Source: an uncultured Verrucomicrobiae bacterium (GTDB taxonomy: Bacteria > Verrucomicrobiota > Verrucomicrobiia > Chthoniobacterales > JAATET01). Taken from it: a stretch of 64,000 nucleotides of DNA. Shown here one piece after another: positions 62,868 to 64,000 of this stretch. The DNA is taken from positions 1 through 64,000 of the forward strand of contig CAVRCI010000011.1 of assembly GCA_963719495.1 (NCBI GenBank). The letters run 5' to 3'. Both the position numbers and the translations under genes were made by a program. How positions within the stretch are numbered: position 1 is the first letter of the stretch; each line of letters opens with the position of its first letter. The notes beneath the pieces were generated by a model that saw only the letters and a list, made by a program, of their open reading frames with translations, was not told where the DNA came from and searched no databases.

Positions 62868-63458
62868 TTATTCGGCGCTGGCTTTCGGGGCGTCGGAGTT
62901 GAGCTTTTCGATGATCTCGGTCGAGAAGTCGGAGTCTTCGCGGCTGTAGACGACGACGGGGATCTGGCCGGCGCTGAGGCCCGACTTGTCGAGGACGAGG
63001 TCGTAGCCCTTTTCGGTGATGCCCGTGTTCACGACCTTCATGATGTCTTCGATGATGTCTTTGCGCATCCGGACGAATTGCTCCTGGAGCTGACGTTCGC
63101 GGGTGCCCTTGAAGTCGTTGACTTCGCGGTCGAGGGTGCGGGCTTCGGTGACCTTCGACTCGCGCGTTTTGAGCATTTCGTCCTTGGCGTCGGCGCTGAG
63201 CTCGGGGGCTTCGATCTTGGCGTTGAGCTTGTTGATTTCCTCCATGCTCGTCTTGAGGGTCTCGACGCGCTCGTCGAACTCCTTCTTCGCGGCTGCGCGC
63301 TGGTCGTTAAGCTTTTTCTCGGCGTCCTTGGTCTTGTAATACTCGGTGAACACGCGGTTCATATCGAGAATGCCGAGCTTGATTTCGGCGTGGGCGTGGG
63401 GCGCGATCACAGTCATTGCGATGGCGAGGGCGGCGATACGGATGGGGTTTTTCTTCAT
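62868..63458 (-). CDS. skp: OmpH/Skp periplasmic chaperone
   Basis: Signal peptide, KLGILDMNRVF, coiled coil, GYDLVLDKS; lies downstream of bamA. Confidence 0.92.
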   Translation of the reverse strand: MKKNPIRIAALAIAMTVIAPHAHAEIKLGILDMNRVFTEYYKTKDAEKKLNDQRAAAKKEFDERVETLKTSMEEINKLNAKIEAPELSADAKDEMLKTRESKVTEARTLDREVNDFKGTRERQLQEQFVRMRKDIIEDIMKVVNTGITEKGYDLVLDKSGLSAGQIPVVVYSREDSDFSTEIIEKLNSDAPKASAE

Positions 63459-63541
63459 ATAAGGGGTGTCTTAAAGCTGGGTTGGCGGGCGAGTTTTCTG
63501 GCCCGCGTGAACCTATTGAGACCCGCTGGGCGGGAATTCGT

Positions 63542-64000
63542 TCAAAATTGGTAGCCGACGTTGAAGTTAAATTTGCCGGTGCTGTCGTTGAATTCGTCGC
63601 TGTCGATCGGGATGCCGTAGTCGATGCGGACGGGGCCGATGGGGAGTTCCACGCGGAGGCCGAGGCCGATGTCGCTGTTGACGCCATCGGTCGAGAAGTC
63701 GGCGAAGTCGCTGTTCACGAAGCCGACATCGTAGAAGAGCGAGCCGCGGATGCGGGGGATGATCGGGAAGCTGAGCTCGACGGTGCCGTAGGCGAGCGTG
63801 CTGCCGCCGAGGGGGTTGCCCTGATCGTCCTTCGGACCCACATCGCGGAAGTCGAAGCCGCGGAGGTTATTCGCGCCACCGAGGTAGAGGCGGTCGAAGA
63901 GTGGGACGCCTTCGGGTCCGCTGGAGTCGCCGAAGCCATCGACGACGGCGACGGATCCCTTGAATTGAAGAATCATGTCGAAGGGCAGGGAGAAGAACTG
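63542..64000 (-). CDS. bamA: Outer membrane protein assembly factor BamA, C-terminal part (runs off the window)
   Basis: LGGANNLRGF, GLGLRVELPIGPVRIDYG, terminal FNVGYQF. Confidence 0.93.
   Translation of the reverse strand, partial: QFFSLPFDMILQFKGSVAVVDGFGDSSGPEGVPLFDRLYLGGANNLRGFDFRDVGPKDDQGNPLGGSTLAYGTVELSFPIIPRIRGSLFYDVGFVNSDFADFSTDGVNSDIGLGLRVELPIGPVRIDYGIPIDSDEFNDSTGKFNFNVGYQF

Overview
The window joins two unrelated DNAs. Bases 1 to ~5204 are AT-rich and look cyanobacterial: a HIP1 octamer, a membrane-anchored WD40 protein, a frameshifted Ig-like membrane protein and a caspase-like (peptidase C14) gene. That gene is cut just after its DACR active-site motif and fused to a 5'-truncated GC-rich oxidoreductase gene, so the join is probably a read or assembly chimera. 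The rest is GC-rich Verrucomicrobiota-type DNA (Verru_Chthon cassette, PEP-CTERM proteins; Chthoniobacterales-like by inference). 5.2-31.8 kb is a glycan-utilisation locus for a uronic-acid-rich, probably sulfated polysaccharide (PL22-like lyase, two GH2, GH115, sulfatase, UxaE, GPH symporter, two LacI paralogs). It has no SusC/SusD or TonB-dependent receptor in the visible part, and instead carries five pilin-like genes and two PEP-CTERM genes. The main new observation is a 16-bp CG-centred palindrome found six times upstream of the catabolic, pilin and PEP-CTERM genes, mostly 40-41 bp before a -10-like hexamer. This suggests one LacI-controlled, possibly activated, regulon coupling pilus/surface proteins to sugar foraging. 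32-64 kb holds two DEAD-box helicases, an IS1202-like IS with a 16-bp target duplication, a nested repeat, housekeeping genes (ruvA, rnhB, rplS, cyclophilin, fluC, lolE, skp, bamA), tRNA-Val and tmRNA. It also has a TPR-ExbB-ExbD-ExbD-vWA operon without TonB, interrupted by a 4 x 204-bp palindromic array, and several families of dispersed REP-like palindromes. All product calls come from motif recognition by eye; no database searches were run.
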